DNA of 64,000 nt from Candidatus Sumerlaeaceae bacterium (GCA_049968255.1 JBMFRB010000002.1:224001-288000); one strand, 5' to 3'. Shown: positions 37,254-48,117, counted from the stretch's first letter. Numbers and translations: made by a program. The notes: generated from the sequence alone by a model not told the origin.

Positions 37254-39311
37254 CTACTTCGGGCTATGGTTACGCGAGGATATTGCTTTGATGCGGGCAT
37301 AGTGATCGAGAATGGCTGTTGCAGCTTCTTGCGCTGAAATAAGCAACATCGCATGGTTTTCAGGAAGGCCACATTGTTCGCGAGCCGAGAGATATTCGAC
37401 AGGCGAGCGCATGTACGCGTGCAAGTGGATGTCATGCCATGCTCCCCACCGGTGTTCAGGCACTGCACCATAGAGCGTAAATGTCGGTGTGCGCGTCGCA
37501 TAGGCAATGTGTTTAGGGCCGCTGCAAGGGCCTATGGCTAACTGCGCAAAAGCGATCAAGGCAACTAACTCATCAATAGGAAGCCCAAGGCAATCGAAGC
37601 AGCGCTGGGCCGGCAATCTCTTTATCATCTCCTGCGCTGCTGGCCGCGCTTGTTCTGTGCCGATGAAGCATACCGACAGATCGGTCTCTGTCAGCAACCG
37701 CCGTGACACAAATTCCCAGCTTTCCAAGGGCCAGCGTTTCATTTCGAGAGCCGTATCAATGTGAATCGTTGCAAATGCCGTGTCCTTGAGTTGGGGCAAG
37801 CGATTGTTCAATCGTTCCACAGCTTCTCGGGTGGGGGAGAGTCGGGGAGGCTTGAGTGATCCTGCAAGCGGCCATAGCGAGACGAGCTCTAAGAGATTGA
37901 GGATTTCGTGTTGGTCAAAGCGCTTTTCTACTCGTCGGGCCGCGTAATAGTAATCTGCGGCACGGCTGAATCCGACATCGTGGCTGAACGAGATGCCCCG
38001 TAACGACAAAATCTTTCGCCACAAACGTGAAGGGCCAAAATGGTAGTACGGCACAAAATTTATCTCGCTGCTCCAGAGGGCGAAAGCGGCAACAAGTTCT
38101 TCTGAGGGCTGATGAGTCCCCACCACGGTCACAAGTGGCGACGTAGGGGAGAAGAGGTCGGGAAAACGTGTCCAAACCAAAATGTTTGCTTCTGGCCAGT
38201 TTGCCTGAAGGAGATCTACAATGGGGAGTAGCAAGATCGTATCGCCAAGATATGTGGGCGCAGCGATGAGGATGTGATGCGGTGGATCAGGTACGCGAAA
38301 CGGGGGACGAAGTTGACGAATAATTCGCAGCTTGGTTTCCCCAGCAAATCGGCGCGCAGTGCGGGCAGCAATGCGTGGAGCGAGGGCGAGAGCAACGCGG
38401 GAAGCAGACACGTTCTGAGAAGTCTTCAAATATGCGAGTTGGCGAGCACTCCAAATGATTTTTTCTGAGAATCGAGCGAGTGGCGAGTCCAGAAAGTGAA
38501 GGGGGTGTGCGAGGTCATAAGCGATTTGCTCGACTAGAGCGTTCTTCTCCAGGGTAGCCCGTCTTTCGTCCGGCTCTCGTTGCCATGCTGCAATGCCGTC
38601 GCTCCTTGCGCGGAGTAAAATTTCCCTCAGTGAAAATCGGAAATCGGGCACCGCATGGAAAACAGTAAGCTGTGGTCTAACGACGGCTTTGATTCCGTTT
38701 CGCCTGAGCTCCGCCCACCATTGTGCGTCTTCTCTGCCTCCGATGTACTTCTGTGTGGAAGAGAGGGATGCACCGCGGACTTCCTTGAAAGGGAAGCGCT
38801 CAAAAAGCTCGTGTTTCGCCGCCATATTCGCTGTAGCTGGATAGTTATCCTCTCGTTTTTCCAAGAAACCCAACGGCGACATGCCGGCGCACCAAGCAAT
38901 TTCCGGACTCCAGAAGATTGGATAGCGATAAAGAAAATAGGGGAGCACGCTTCCGCCGACCGCCTGCGCTCGGGTAAGATTGGTGCGGATTTTTGCAAGA
39001 CAGTCGTGGGCAGGAATACAGTCGTCGTCGAAGAAAACGACGCATTCGCATTGCGCGTGTGCAAGCGCGACATTACGTGCGGCGGCAAAATCGAGGTGTT
39101 TCGAGTCCAGAAAAAAATAGTGGATAGGCGGAGAAAGGGTTCGAAGCCATTCACGAGTGCCATCAGATGAGCCCGTATCTACGATAATTACTTCGTCATA
39201 TGGACCGAGCTGGGAGAGGATGGCAGCAATAACCGACTGTAACTTGCCGAAACGATTGCAAGTGAGGATGATCACAGAAACACAACCTGTTGTCTGCGTT
39301 TGCCTTGTCAT
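37254..39311 (-). CDS. GT2-GT9 (heptosyltransferase-like) fusion glycosyltransferase
   Basis: N-terminal GT2 (VDTGSSDGT, AARN, FFDDD); C-terminal GT9 (YLGDTIL, KRWP, CSGPKHIA, TLYG). Confidence 0.85.
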   Translation of the reverse strand: MTRQTQTTGCVSVIILTCNRFGKLQSVIAAILSQLGPYDEVIIVDTGSSDGTREWLRTLSPPIHYFFLDSKHLDFAAARNVALAHAQCECVVFFDDDCIPAHDCLAKIRTNLTRAQAVGGSVLPYFLYRYPIFWSPEIAWCAGMSPLGFLEKREDNYPATANMAAKHELFERFPFKEVRGASLSSTQKYIGGREDAQWWAELRRNGIKAVVRPQLTVFHAVPDFRFSLREILLRARSDGIAAWQREPDERRATLEKNALVEQIAYDLAHPLHFLDSPLARFSEKIIWSARQLAYLKTSQNVSASRVALALAPRIAARTARRFAGETKLRIIRQLRPPFRVPDPPHHILIAAPTYLGDTILLLPIVDLLQANWPEANILVWTRFPDLFSPTSPLVTVVGTHQPSEELVAAFALWSSEINFVPYYHFGPSRLWRKILSLRGISFSHDVGFSRAADYYYAARRVEKRFDQHEILNLLELVSLWPLAGSLKPPRLSPTREAVERLNNRLPQLKDTAFATIHIDTALEMKRWPLESWEFVSRRLLTETDLSVCFIGTEQARPAAQEMIKRLPAQRCFDCLGLPIDELVALIAFAQLAIGPCSGPKHIAYATRTPTFTLYGAVPEHRWGAWHDIHLHAYMRSPVEYLSAREQCGLPENHAMLLISAQEAATAILDHYARIKAISSRNHSPK

Positions 39312-39366
39312 GCCTCTATGGACTCAATCCCACTTCTGCGAGGTGTTTTTGTTGGCTTCATGGCTC

Positions 39367-40308
39367 CTAGCAAAGTATCCCACGGTTCTCAAATTTGGCG
39401 AAAATTTCAGCGTCTGTTCTCTTCCACCATTTTTTGCGTTTTTCTCGTAACTTGTAAAGCTGGGGAAATCTGGCGATTGCTTGCCACGTCCCTGTCCATT
39501 CGGATTTACGTCCTTCTCTCACATAGGAGGCAAGCTTGGTCGGAATTGGAGAGCAGGCGGCTCGGATAAATTGGGGATCAGAAAAGTTAAGCCACTGAAA
39601 AAGCAACGCATTTCGCATTTTGATTTCTTTGATTCGCTGGGCTCCGTAAGCGCGTTTCATGCTGCCTTGCCCAACGTGGAGACCGACGGCGTGTGGATTG
39701 TAAATGTTTCGCCAGCCAGCTTTCCATGCTAGGTACGCTAGATCGTAATCTTCCCAGTATCCTGGATGGAAAATTGGAGCAAAACCCCCAAACTCCAGAA
39801 ATTCTTTGCGGCGAACAGCGCAAGAACCCCCTTGAAAAAACATGGTTTCACTAACGTCTCTGGAATCTTCGTATGCCAAACGCATCTGTCCCTGAAACAA
39901 TTTTACTAGCATGTTAACGTGATTAGGTTCGCCGGTATACCAGTCGATAGTTCTGCCACTTACTGCGAAAATGTCCGACTTCGTCGCTAGAGGCGCAATA
40001 AGTTCCCCCACCATCTGCTCGCGGGGGGAGAGATCATTGTTGAATAAGACGACAATGGAGGCGCGCGCGGCTTCGATGCCGCGATTTACGGAAGCTCCAA
40101 AACCCAGATTTCTAGAGTTGCGCAGCAGACGAGTGTTCGGCCAACGGTCTTCGATTCCGTCAGCACTTCCGTCAGTGCTGGCATCGTCGACCACGATGAT
40201 CTCAAATGGTTTGCCAGTGGCCTGAGCGGAGAGCACCGTCGCGCTGAGGCACCGCTGAAGAAAAGCGGCTCCATTCCAGTTTGGAATTATGATCGAAAAT
40301 TCTGGCAT
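39367..40308 (-). CDS. GT2 glycosyltransferase (WbbL-like)
   Basis: SIIIPNWNG, VDDASTDGS, NLGFG, NND, YWEDYDL. Confidence 0.9.
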   Translation of the reverse strand: MPEFSIIIPNWNGAAFLQRCLSATVLSAQATGKPFEIIVVDDASTDGSADGIEDRWPNTRLLRNSRNLGFGASVNRGIEAARASIVVLFNNDLSPREQMVGELIAPLATKSDIFAVSGRTIDWYTGEPNHVNMLVKLFQGQMRLAYEDSRDVSETMFFQGGSCAVRRKEFLEFGGFAPIFHPGYWEDYDLAYLAWKAGWRNIYNPHAVGLHVGQGSMKRAYGAQRIKEIKMRNALLFQWLNFSDPQFIRAACSPIPTKLASYVREGRKSEWTGTWQAIARFPQLYKLREKRKKWWKRTDAEIFAKFENRGILC

Positions 40309-40330
40309 CACGGTGAATACAGGTACCTCG

Positions 40331-41428
40331 GTGAACGCAAAGTCTCCTTTTGTCAACCCGCTAGCCGAAAAGAAAAGTTTTATCCGCAAGTTGCGATCGT
40401 GGTTCCGGCATGCTGCTCGATCTTTGCCGTGGCGCGACACGCAAGATCCTTATGCGATATGGATCTCAGAAGTGATGCTTCAGCAGACGACAGTTGCAGC
40501 GGTTCAGCCCTACTATCGGCGTTTCTTGGAGGAGTTTCCAACGGTTCACCATTTAGCCCGTGCCGATGAAATAAGAGTGCTCACGCTGTGGGCCGGGCTT
40601 GGCTACTATCGTCGAGCTCGAATGCTTCACGATGCGGCGAAAATAATCGTGACCCAGTGGAGAGGAGAATTCCCGCGAGATCCGGCACGCCTACTTGAAT
40701 TGCCAGGTGTGGGCCGATACACAGCCAACGCCGTCGTGTGTTTCGCTTACGATTGGCCTGTTGCTACGGTAGAAACCAATACGGCAAGAGTTTTGAGTCG
40801 TCTTTTTGGAAAAAAGTTATCAGGTGCTGGTGTGACGGCGTGGCATTGGCAAATTGCCAAGGAGCTTCTGCCGGGGCGCGCTTGCCGCGAGTACAACTAT
40901 GCGCTTATGGATCTCGGCTCGCTTATCTGCACAGCCAAAGCGCCGAGGTGCTCCGACTGCCCTCTGCAAAAATGGTGTGCAAGTTACCAACGTGAGCTCA
41001 CAGTCGCGGTTAAGGACTGCCCTCGCAAGGGGCAAACTTTTGTGAATCTTGAGTGGGATATTTTCGTTTTTTTCAAGGACGGTCCGGCACCGAGCATACT
41101 GATGCGCCGTATTCCTGATGGAGAATGGCACGCGGGGCTGTATGGCTTGCCGTATCGTGAGTGCAGTGACATGTGTAGCACTGTGTCGGGCAGTGGCCAA
41201 TTAGCGACAAACGTTGGGGAGTTCACCTTCTATGTCACGCATCACCGTATCCGCGCGCGCGTTTGGCTTTTGGATGGAAGCGCGTGCGCCAACAGGGTCG
41301 GGCTTCACTTGAGGGGCGACAGGGGAGAGCTCGAATGGATTTCGGTGCGCGAAGCACGCGCATTGCCGCTTGCTACACCCTACCGACGTGCTCTTGAGTT
41401 TTTAGAAAAAGCTGTGTGGAAGTTGTAA
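40331..41428 (+). CDS. mutY: A/G-specific adenine glycosylase
   Basis: LPWR, WISEVMLQQT, WAGLGYYRRA, LPGVGRYTA, C-x6-C-x2-C-x5-C Fe-S motif; start uncertain. Confidence 0.93.
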   Translation: MNAKSPFVNPLAEKKSFIRKLRSWFRHAARSLPWRDTQDPYAIWISEVMLQQTTVAAVQPYYRRFLEEFPTVHHLARADEIRVLTLWAGLGYYRRARMLHDAAKIIVTQWRGEFPRDPARLLELPGVGRYTANAVVCFAYDWPVATVETNTARVLSRLFGKKLSGAGVTAWHWQIAKELLPGRACREYNYALMDLGSLICTAKAPRCSDCPLQKWCASYQRELTVAVKDCPRKGQTFVNLEWDIFVFFKDGPAPSILMRRIPDGEWHAGLYGLPYRECSDMCSTVSGSGQLATNVGEFTFYVTHHRIRARVWLLDGSACANRVGLHLRGDRGELEWISVREARALPLATPYRRALEFLEKAVWKL

Positions 41429-41429
41429 A

Positions 41430-42380
41430 ATGAATGTGAAAGAGCTAACAGTTGCCTCGCTCCTAGAGTATTGCGGAAAGGACATGGAGCTGGAGTTGGT
41501 GACGGGGGAGCAGGGGCTCAAGAACGTCATCCGATCTGCCGAAATTACGCGGCCGGGACTTGCTTTTGCAGGGTATCTTGAGGTCTTTTCGCACGATCGC
41601 ATTCAGATAGTAGGCAATACGGAAATGTCGTACATCCGAAGCCTCCCAGCTGGAGAACGTTCGCGGCGCTTCGAGCGTGTCCTACAGTTCGAGATCCCAT
41701 GCATTATCGTGACGAATGCGAATCCAATTCCCGAAGATTTTATCGCCAAAGCGAACGACCACAACGTGCCTTTGCTGCGCACTGCTCTTATGACCACGCG
41801 CCTTGTGAGTCACCTCAATGCTGTTCTGGAGAGATATTTTGCACCGGAAATTCAGGTACATGGTGTACTGCTGGACGTTTATGGCATGGGCACACTACTC
41901 ATCGGTGCAAGCGGGGTGGGCAAGAGTGAGTGCGCACTGGAGCTCGTCGAGCGAGGGCACCGCCTTGTGGCCGACGACATTGTGATTCTTACACGCTTGT
42001 CGAAGTACGACCTCGTTGGTCGCAGCCCTGACCTTATTAAGTATCACATGGAAATTCGCGGCGTGGGAATTCTGAATATTGAAATGCTTTTTGGGGTGGC
42101 TTCGGTGATCCAAGAAAAACGCGTGGATTTGGTGATACAGTTAGAACGTTGGGATGAAAACCGAGAGTACGATCGGCTCGGGTTGGAGGAGCAGTATCAT
42201 ACTTTCCTCGATGTCAAGGTGCCCGAGTATATTATTCCAGTTCAGCCGGGGCGTAACATCTCAATTATCGTCGAAATGGCGGCCCTCACACAGCGTTTGA
42301 AAAATGCGGGATGTAATCCTGCACTTCAGCTCGACAAGAGGGTCCGTGCAATGACCATGCCTCAGGCATCGACGAAATGA
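41430..42380 (+). CDS. hprK: HPr kinase/phosphorylase
   Basis: RPGLAFAG, GASGVGKSECALELVERGHRLVADD, MEIRGVGI, PVQPGRN. Confidence 0.97.
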   Translation: MNVKELTVASLLEYCGKDMELELVTGEQGLKNVIRSAEITRPGLAFAGYLEVFSHDRIQIVGNTEMSYIRSLPAGERSRRFERVLQFEIPCIIVTNANPIPEDFIAKANDHNVPLLRTALMTTRLVSHLNAVLERYFAPEIQVHGVLLDVYGMGTLLIGASGVGKSECALELVERGHRLVADDIVILTRLSKYDLVGRSPDLIKYHMEIRGVGILNIEMLFGVASVIQEKRVDLVIQLERWDENREYDRLGLEEQYHTFLDVKVPEYIIPVQPGRNISIIVEMAALTQRLKNAGCNPALQLDKRVRAMTMPQASTK

Positions 42381-42411
42381 GCAGCTAGGGAAGGGTGCAA
42401 ACCGGCATAGC

Positions 42412-43686
42412 ATGAAATCTATTTCCCCAAGAGTGCTCCTACCGTTAGCGCTGCTTTTTTGCGTATGGCATTCGTTGGCCTCGGAAACTTCATTTATGGG
42501 TCAACTCGATGTTCTTTTTAGCAGGCAGGGCATTATCCGAGTTGGATTAGGAACTTTCCGTGATCCAGTAGTGATCGTGCCACAAGAACAAGCACGAATC
42601 GAAAGCGATGGTCAGCAAATAGATACGATAGGGCCAGGACACTCGGTGACCATTCGACGCGATGGCAGCGGAGCGCTGGTGTTCGATGCTGGAGCGACAA
42701 AACAGAGCGGTCAGCGGTTTCGAATAGCTTCAGACCGCAGCCTGGTATTACGCGGACATGTATATTGGGGAAATTTGGTCTGCTCCTCTCTGCCAAATGG
42801 CGTCCAGGTGATTAACGAGATCTTTCTCGAAGACTACATCGCCTGTGTGCTGGCTGCCGAGATAGGAAACGCACCAGCCGAAGCTCTAAAGGCGCAAGCT
42901 GTTGTTGCTCGCAGCGAAATCGTTAACAAGTTGGCATCTAGGCGTCACAAAGGCGATGGCTTTGATCTCTGCGCCAGCGAACATTGTATGGCGTACAATG
43001 GCGCGAAGGATGTGACCATGGCAATGCAGCAGGCTTGCTCCGCCACGCGGGGCACCGTGCTGATGGCGAACGCTAAAGTCCTCGACGCCGTCTTTCATAA
43101 CATGTGCGGCGGTCTAACAGCTTGCGCGGAGGATGTTTGGGATAGCCCGCACATTATGGGGCTTGATCGAGTCTGGGACAGCACGAATACGCAACGCACG
43201 CCGGCATTTCGGAGCGAAGAGCAAGTGGCTGCGTTTATTGCATCACCGCCCCCTGGAACTTTTTGTGATCCGACGCAGAGCAATTTCCCTTCTTATGCGC
43301 GGAAATACTTTAGGTGGACTCGCCGTCTCGACCGTGATGAACTTGCTCGATGCTGCGGAGCGCCTGTGCGTGATCTCTACATTGTCGAAAGAACCCCAAG
43401 TGGGCGCGTCCGAAAGTTAGCCGTTGTGACGGCCAATGGCACGAGAGTCATCGAAAAAGAGCTTCCGATTCGGAGGCTTTTCGATCTGCCAAGTGGCTTT
43501 TTTGTCATGCGTGTCGAACGGAGGGGAGGAGCCGTTCAAGGTGTCGAATTTCTTGGGGCCGGCTCCGGGCATGGTGTGGGCCTTTGCCAAATGGGGGCGT
43601 GGTCCATGGCAGAAAAAGGGTTCAGCTACGAAGCAATTTTGCGCCACTACTACCCAAACGCGACGCTTCGTCAAATCTATCGCTGA
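42412..43686 (+). CDS. SpoIID/LytB-domain secreted protein (putative lytic transglycosylase)
   Basis: LEDYIACVLAAE, EALKAQAV, GHGVGLCQ.GA, ILRHYYP. Confidence 0.9.
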   Translation: MKSISPRVLLPLALLFCVWHSLASETSFMGQLDVLFSRQGIIRVGLGTFRDPVVIVPQEQARIESDGQQIDTIGPGHSVTIRRDGSGALVFDAGATKQSGQRFRIASDRSLVLRGHVYWGNLVCSSLPNGVQVINEIFLEDYIACVLAAEIGNAPAEALKAQAVVARSEIVNKLASRRHKGDGFDLCASEHCMAYNGAKDVTMAMQQACSATRGTVLMANAKVLDAVFHNMCGGLTACAEDVWDSPHIMGLDRVWDSTNTQRTPAFRSEEQVAAFIASPPPGTFCDPTQSNFPSYARKYFRWTRRLDRDELARCCGAPVRDLYIVERTPSGRVRKLAVVTANGTRVIEKELPIRRLFDLPSGFFVMRVERRGGAVQGVEFLGAGSGHGVGLCQMGAWSMAEKGFSYEAILRHYYPNATLRQIYR

Positions 43687-43716
43687 TGATTTAGGCAAGG
43701 TCCGGGAACATACCCA

Positions 43717-44328
43717 TCAGCTGTATAGCGATATGGTGAGAAAGTTTGCAAGTATCCGTTTGCCGTGCTGCGTCAAAATGGATTCGGGATGAAATTGGAC
43801 CCCCCACACAGGGTGTTGAACATGGCGGAGTGCCATGATGAGGCCGTCATCTGTCCATGCGGTGATTTTGAGCACCGACGGCAAGCTTTCTTTTTCGACA
43901 ATAAGCGAATGATAACGCGTGGCTGTGAAAGGAGAGGGAATTTCGCGGAAGAGAACATCGCCACAGTGGTGGATTTCACTGGTTTTGCCATGCATGATAT
44001 GGGGAGCACGAACAACCTTTCCTCCGTAGGCCTGGCCGATGGCTTGATGCCCGAGGCAGACGCCAAGCAAGGGAATCGTCTGGCCCAGTTTGCGGACCAC
44101 ATCGAGTGAGATTCCTGCCTCATTGGGTGTACATGGGCCAGGAGAAATCACGATGTGCGTAGGCAATTTGCGTTGGATGTCTTCCACCGAAATTTTGTCG
44201 TTTCGCACAACCTCAATGTCTACCCCTTGCCCAAGCTTGGCGGCGACTTCCGCCCACTGGAGGATTTCACCGAGGTATTGAACGAGGTTGTAGGTGAAGG
44301 AATCATAGTTGTCGATGACGAGAATCAT
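43717..44328 (-). CDS. trpG: Anthranilate synthase component II (glutamine amidotransferase)
   Basis: IDNYDSFTYN, SPGPC, GVCLGHQ, RYHSL, QFHPES; directly follows trpE. Confidence 0.92.
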   Translation of the reverse strand: MILVIDNYDSFTYNLVQYLGEILQWAEVAAKLGQGVDIEVVRNDKISVEDIQRKLPTHIVISPGPCTPNEAGISLDVVRKLGQTIPLLGVCLGHQAIGQAYGGKVVRAPHIMHGKTSEIHHCGDVLFREIPSPFTATRYHSLIVEKESLPSVLKITAWTDDGLIMALRHVQHPVWGVQFHPESILTQHGKRILANFLTISLYS

Positions 44329-44331
44329 CGC

Positions 44332-45849
44332 CTAGTCCAGCCCCCTTTGAGCCAGCTCGATTGCCCGCATCATGGCGGTGGCTTTGTTTATTGTTTCTTT
44401 GTATTCGTTTTCTGGCACCGAGTCAGCGACAATTCCGGCTCCCGCCTGGATATAAGCTTTGTCGCCGTGGATGACCACTGTGCGGATGGTAATGCAAGTG
44501 TCGAGATTGCCATTAAAGCTGAAATAGCCCACTGCTCCGGCATATGGCCCACGGCGCACCGGCTCTAATTCTTCGATAATCTGCATAGCCCTAATTTTGG
44601 GGGCACCAGTAACCGTGCCAGCTGGAAACGCGGCACTGAAGACGTCAAATGCATCGAGCCCTTCCCGCAATTTACCGACGACGTTCGAGACGATATGCAT
44701 GACGTGTGAATAACGCTCGACGACCATGAGATCGCTGACGCGCACGCTTCCGTATTCGCATACACGGCCGCAATCATTACGCCCAAGATCCACGAGCATG
44801 ATGTGTTCTGCCCGCTCTTTTTCATCGGCGAGAAGCTCCGCTTCTAACGCCAGGTCTTCTTCTTTGGTTGTGCCTCGTTTTCGTGTTCCTGCGATGGGCC
44901 GGAGCCGAACCTCGTCCCCAGTCAGCTTCACGAGAATTTCAGGGCTAGAGCCGGCCAGCGCCAGGCCGTCGAACTGCAGAAAAAACATGTAAGGCGACGG
45001 GTTTATTGCGCGAAGCGCTCGATAAATATCAAACGCGTCGGTTGTCAGAGAAACCTCGAACCGTTGGCTTATGACGACCTGGAAAATGTCGCCGGCTCGT
45101 ATATACTCCTTGCACCGCTCTACCACCGACTCGAACTCTTCTCTCGTAAAATTTGACGTGAGTTCGGGAATCGGCTGATTCACCGCGGGCGCCGGGTGTG
45201 CCAATGGAGCGGACAATTTCTCGCGAAGTGTTAAGATTTTTGCCACGGCCCGTTCATAGGCAACTTCGGCCGGCGTTGTTTCGTCAATGACGGCATTGGA
45301 AAGAATGAGCATCCAGTGGCGCACATGGTCAAAGATGAGGACTGTGTCTGTGACCATGAAGTAAAGATCCGGGAGGCCGAGATCGTCCACAGCATGCTGG
45401 CCGATCTCCTCAAGATTGCGCACAGCATCATAGGCCACAAATCCGACTGCGCCGCCACAAAACGGTGGGAGGGAAGGATCCGGGACAAAGGTGTACTGCT
45501 TCATGATATGGCGTAGCGCCGTGAGGGGCTGAGAGGACGAGAAGCTCTGCTGATTGCTGCCTGGGCCGATGACCTCAACCACGCCATTTTTCGCTCGTAG
45601 CACCAGGCGTGGTTCTGCGCCGACAAAGCTGAAGCGGCCTATGGTCTCCCCACCCTCGACACTTTCCAGCAGAAAGGAATAAGGAGAGTCCGCAACCTTT
45701 TTGAAGGCTGAGACAGGGGTTTCCATGTCGGCAAGGATCTCACCGTACACAGGGATCACATTGCCCTGACGGGCTCGTTGCAGGAAATCAGTCTTTGATG
45801 GGAAAATTGCATTCATGCGTGCGTCATTCCATAGCGAGCGAACACTCAA
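44332..45849 (-). CDS. trpE: Anthranilate synthase component I
   Basis: LLES Trp-feedback motif, [36 protein letters not shown]; alternative start at 45816. Confidence 0.95.
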   Translation of the reverse strand: MSVRSLWNDARMNAIFPSKTDFLQRARQGNVIPVYGEILADMETPVSAFKKVADSPYSFLLESVEGGETIGRFSFVGAEPRLVLRAKNGVVEVIGPGSNQQSFSSSQPLTALRHIMKQYTFVPDPSLPPFCGGAVGFVAYDAVRNLEEIGQHAVDDLGLPDLYFMVTDTVLIFDHVRHWMLILSNAVIDETTPAEVAYERAVAKILTLREKLSAPLAHPAPAVNQPIPELTSNFTREEFESVVERCKEYIRAGDIFQVVISQRFEVSLTTDAFDIYRALRAINPSPYMFFLQFDGLALAGSSPEILVKLTGDEVRLRPIAGTRKRGTTKEEDLALEAELLADEKERAEHIMLVDLGRNDCGRVCEYGSVRVSDLMVVERYSHVMHIVSNVVGKLREGLDAFDVFSAAFPAGTVTGAPKIRAMQIIEELEPVRRGPYAGAVGYFSFNGNLDTCITIRTVVIHGDKAYIQAGAGIVADSVPENEYKETINKATAMMRAIELAQRGLD

Positions 45850-46238
45850 GAGTTTTTGTAAACATCGTTAGGGTCAAACAGTTTAATGCCGTCTTCAACC
45901 CATTGGTCATCTGCAGCTTTGCGGTAGAAACACGAGCGAAAGCCGGTGTGGCAAGCGCCGCCTATTTGCTCGACGCGAAGGACAACCGCATCTCCGTCGC
46001 AATCGAGTCGCACTTCGTGGACTTTTTGAACGTGTCCGGAGGATTCGCCTTTTAGCCAAAGCTTTTTACGCGAACGACTCCAGTACCATGCTCGGCCCTC
46101 TTCGAGCGTGCGCTTGAGGGCCTCGTCATTCATCCACGCCACCATCAGGACTTCTCCTGTTGCTGCGTCTTGAACAACTACTGCGATCAGTCCGCGATCA
46201 TCGAATTTCACACTGGAGAGAAGTTTTGTTGCGTCCAC
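45846..46238 (-). CDS. hisI: Phosphoribosyl-AMP cyclohydrolase
   Basis: [29 protein letters not shown]. Confidence 0.96.
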   Translation of the reverse strand: MDATKLLSSVKFDDRGLIAVVVQDAATGEVLMVAWMNDEALKRTLEEGRAWYWSRSRKKLWLKGESSGHVQKVHEVRLDCDGDAVVLRVEQIGGACHTGFRSCFYRKAADDQWVEDGIKLFDPNDVYKNS

Positions 46239-46400
46239 GGTAAGACCTCGTTCGATTCATATTTTTGGTGTTTTCATAGCTACAAGTTTGTGAATCATGC
46301 AGTCTAGGCAAACGTAAGACTTCGGTGGCGACGTACACGTCGTTTGTTTCAGCACTGAAAAGTCGATTCTCAACGATGCCTCGAGAGAAAGGATCGCAGG

Positions 46401-47666
46401 ATGAAAGTCGGTGTCGTAGGGCTAGGTTATGTGGGCCTTCCACTGCTTGTTGAAATGGCTAAAAGCGGCTTCGTCGCGTACGGGATAGACGTTGATGAAC
46501 GCAAAGTCCGAGCGATTAGCGCCGGGCAGAACTACATCGAGGACGTGGACAGCATAGTTCTCGCCAAACTGGTGGCGGATGGAAAAATCTTCACCACCTC
46601 TGATTGGGACATTGTACGCGAGCTCGACGCCATCAGCATTTGCGTCCCCACCCCATTGCGCAAAACGAAGGATCCGGATGTTTCTTTTATCGTCAGCGCA
46701 GCCGATGAAATCGCCCCACGTCTGCGCACCGGCCAGATTATTATTCTGGAAAGCACAACTTATCCTGGAACGACTGATGAGCTCCTTGTACCCCGATTTT
46801 CGCGAGACGACTTCCGCGTCGGCGAGCATTATTTCCTCGCATTTTCGCCTGAACGTGTGGACCCGGGCAACAAGGTTTATACGACGAAGAATACCCCGAA
46901 AATTGTTGGCGGCGTGACACCTGAATGCACGCGGCGCTGCGTTGAGTTCTACTCGAAGATTTTTGATACCGTGATCCCCGTGAGTTCAAGCAGATGCGCA
47001 GAAATGGTCAAGCTTCTGGAGAATACTTTTCGCAGCGTCAATATTGGCTTAGTGAACGAAGTCGCCCTTATGTGTGACAAATTGGGGTTGGACGTCTGGG
47101 AGGTGATTCATGCTGCCGCCACCAAGCCTTTTGGCTTTATGGCATTCTATCCTGGGCCGGGCCTCGGTGGGCACTGTATCCCCATTGATCCCCATTACCT
47201 TGCATGGAAGCTCAAAACTCTCAACTACACAGCACGGTTCATCGAGCTCGCCAGCGAAATCAATGGCTCCATGCCGCACTTCGTGGTGGATAAAGTTGTG
47301 AAAGCTCTCAATGACGAACGCAAGCCTGCACATGGTAGCCGTATTCTCATTATCGGGGTCGCCTACAAGCCGAACGTCCGCGACGTGCGGGAGAGTCCTG
47401 CCCTGGATATTATGGGGTTATTGCGTGATCTGCATGCAGAAGTTGTTTACCATGATCCGCACGTGCCCGAGTTGAAAGAGGATAGTTATGAGCTCACTTC
47501 GGTAGCTCTGACAGCGGAAGAGCTCAAACGAGCCGATTGCGTGGTCATTGTTACAAATCACAAAGATGTGGACTATCAGCTCATCCTCGATTATGCGCCG
47601 CTTGTTGTGGATACTCGGAACGCGATGGCTGGTCGGTCCGGCAAAGCGCGGATTGTGAAGTTATAA
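46401..47666 (+). CDS. Nucleotide-sugar dehydrogenase (UDP-GlcNAc 6-dehydrogenase, WbpA/WecC family)
   Basis: GLGYVGLP, CVPTP, ESTTYPGTT, SPERVDPGN, GGHCIPIDP, D.RESP. Confidence 0.93.
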   Translation: MKVGVVGLGYVGLPLLVEMAKSGFVAYGIDVDERKVRAISAGQNYIEDVDSIVLAKLVADGKIFTTSDWDIVRELDAISICVPTPLRKTKDPDVSFIVSAADEIAPRLRTGQIIILESTTYPGTTDELLVPRFSRDDFRVGEHYFLAFSPERVDPGNKVYTTKNTPKIVGGVTPECTRRCVEFYSKIFDTVIPVSSSRCAEMVKLLENTFRSVNIGLVNEVALMCDKLGLDVWEVIHAAATKPFGFMAFYPGPGLGGHCIPIDPHYLAWKLKTLNYTARFIELASEINGSMPHFVVDKVVKALNDERKPAHGSRILIIGVAYKPNVRDVRESPALDIMGLLRDLHAEVVYHDPHVPELKEDSYELTSVALTAEELKRADCVVIVTNHKDVDYQLILDYAPLVVDTRNAMAGRSGKARIVKL

Positions 47667-47682
47667 GCACTCCACTGCGACG

Positions 47683-48117
47683 TCAGGTATGCAGTTGCTC
47701 CGTGCCCGAAGCAGATTCGGCTTGCGCTAAACGTGATAGGATGTGGTCAAGCTCATCGACGATCCAGCGCGGCGAATAAATGATTCCTTCGCGCGCAATG
47801 CGCTCGCGGAGTTCTGCAAGCTCTTGGCGCAGGAAAGAGGGTGACTGGACAGAGTGTGGCAATGGGCGCTCTGGAGTAGCGCCGAGCTTCGCGATACATT
47901 CGGCCATGTCGAGAATGTGCTGCTCCCCATGGCGGACGGCGTCTAGAACAGCCTGACGGCTTATTCCGAATTGGCGTGCAATCTCGCTGAGTCTTTTTCC
48001 TTCGATGTGATGAGCATGCAGGCACTCGCGCTGGCGTTGTGTCAGCAACGTAGCAAATACGGGGAGAAGCTGCTGAATCACGCTACTGTAGGGGCATCTC
48101 CGTTTTCGTGGACTCAT
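47683..48117 (-). CDS. YlxM/UPF0122-like HTH protein with C-terminal extension
   Basis: LLTQRQRE...LSEIARQFGISRQAVLD matches the YlxM/sigma region 4 pattern. Confidence 0.7.
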   Translation of the reverse strand: MSPRKRRCPYSSVIQQLLPVFATLLTQRQRECLHAHHIEGKRLSEIARQFGISRQAVLDAVRHGEQHILDMAECIAKLGATPERPLPHSVQSPSFLRQELAELRERIAREGIIYSPRWIVDELDHILSRLAQAESASGTEQLHT

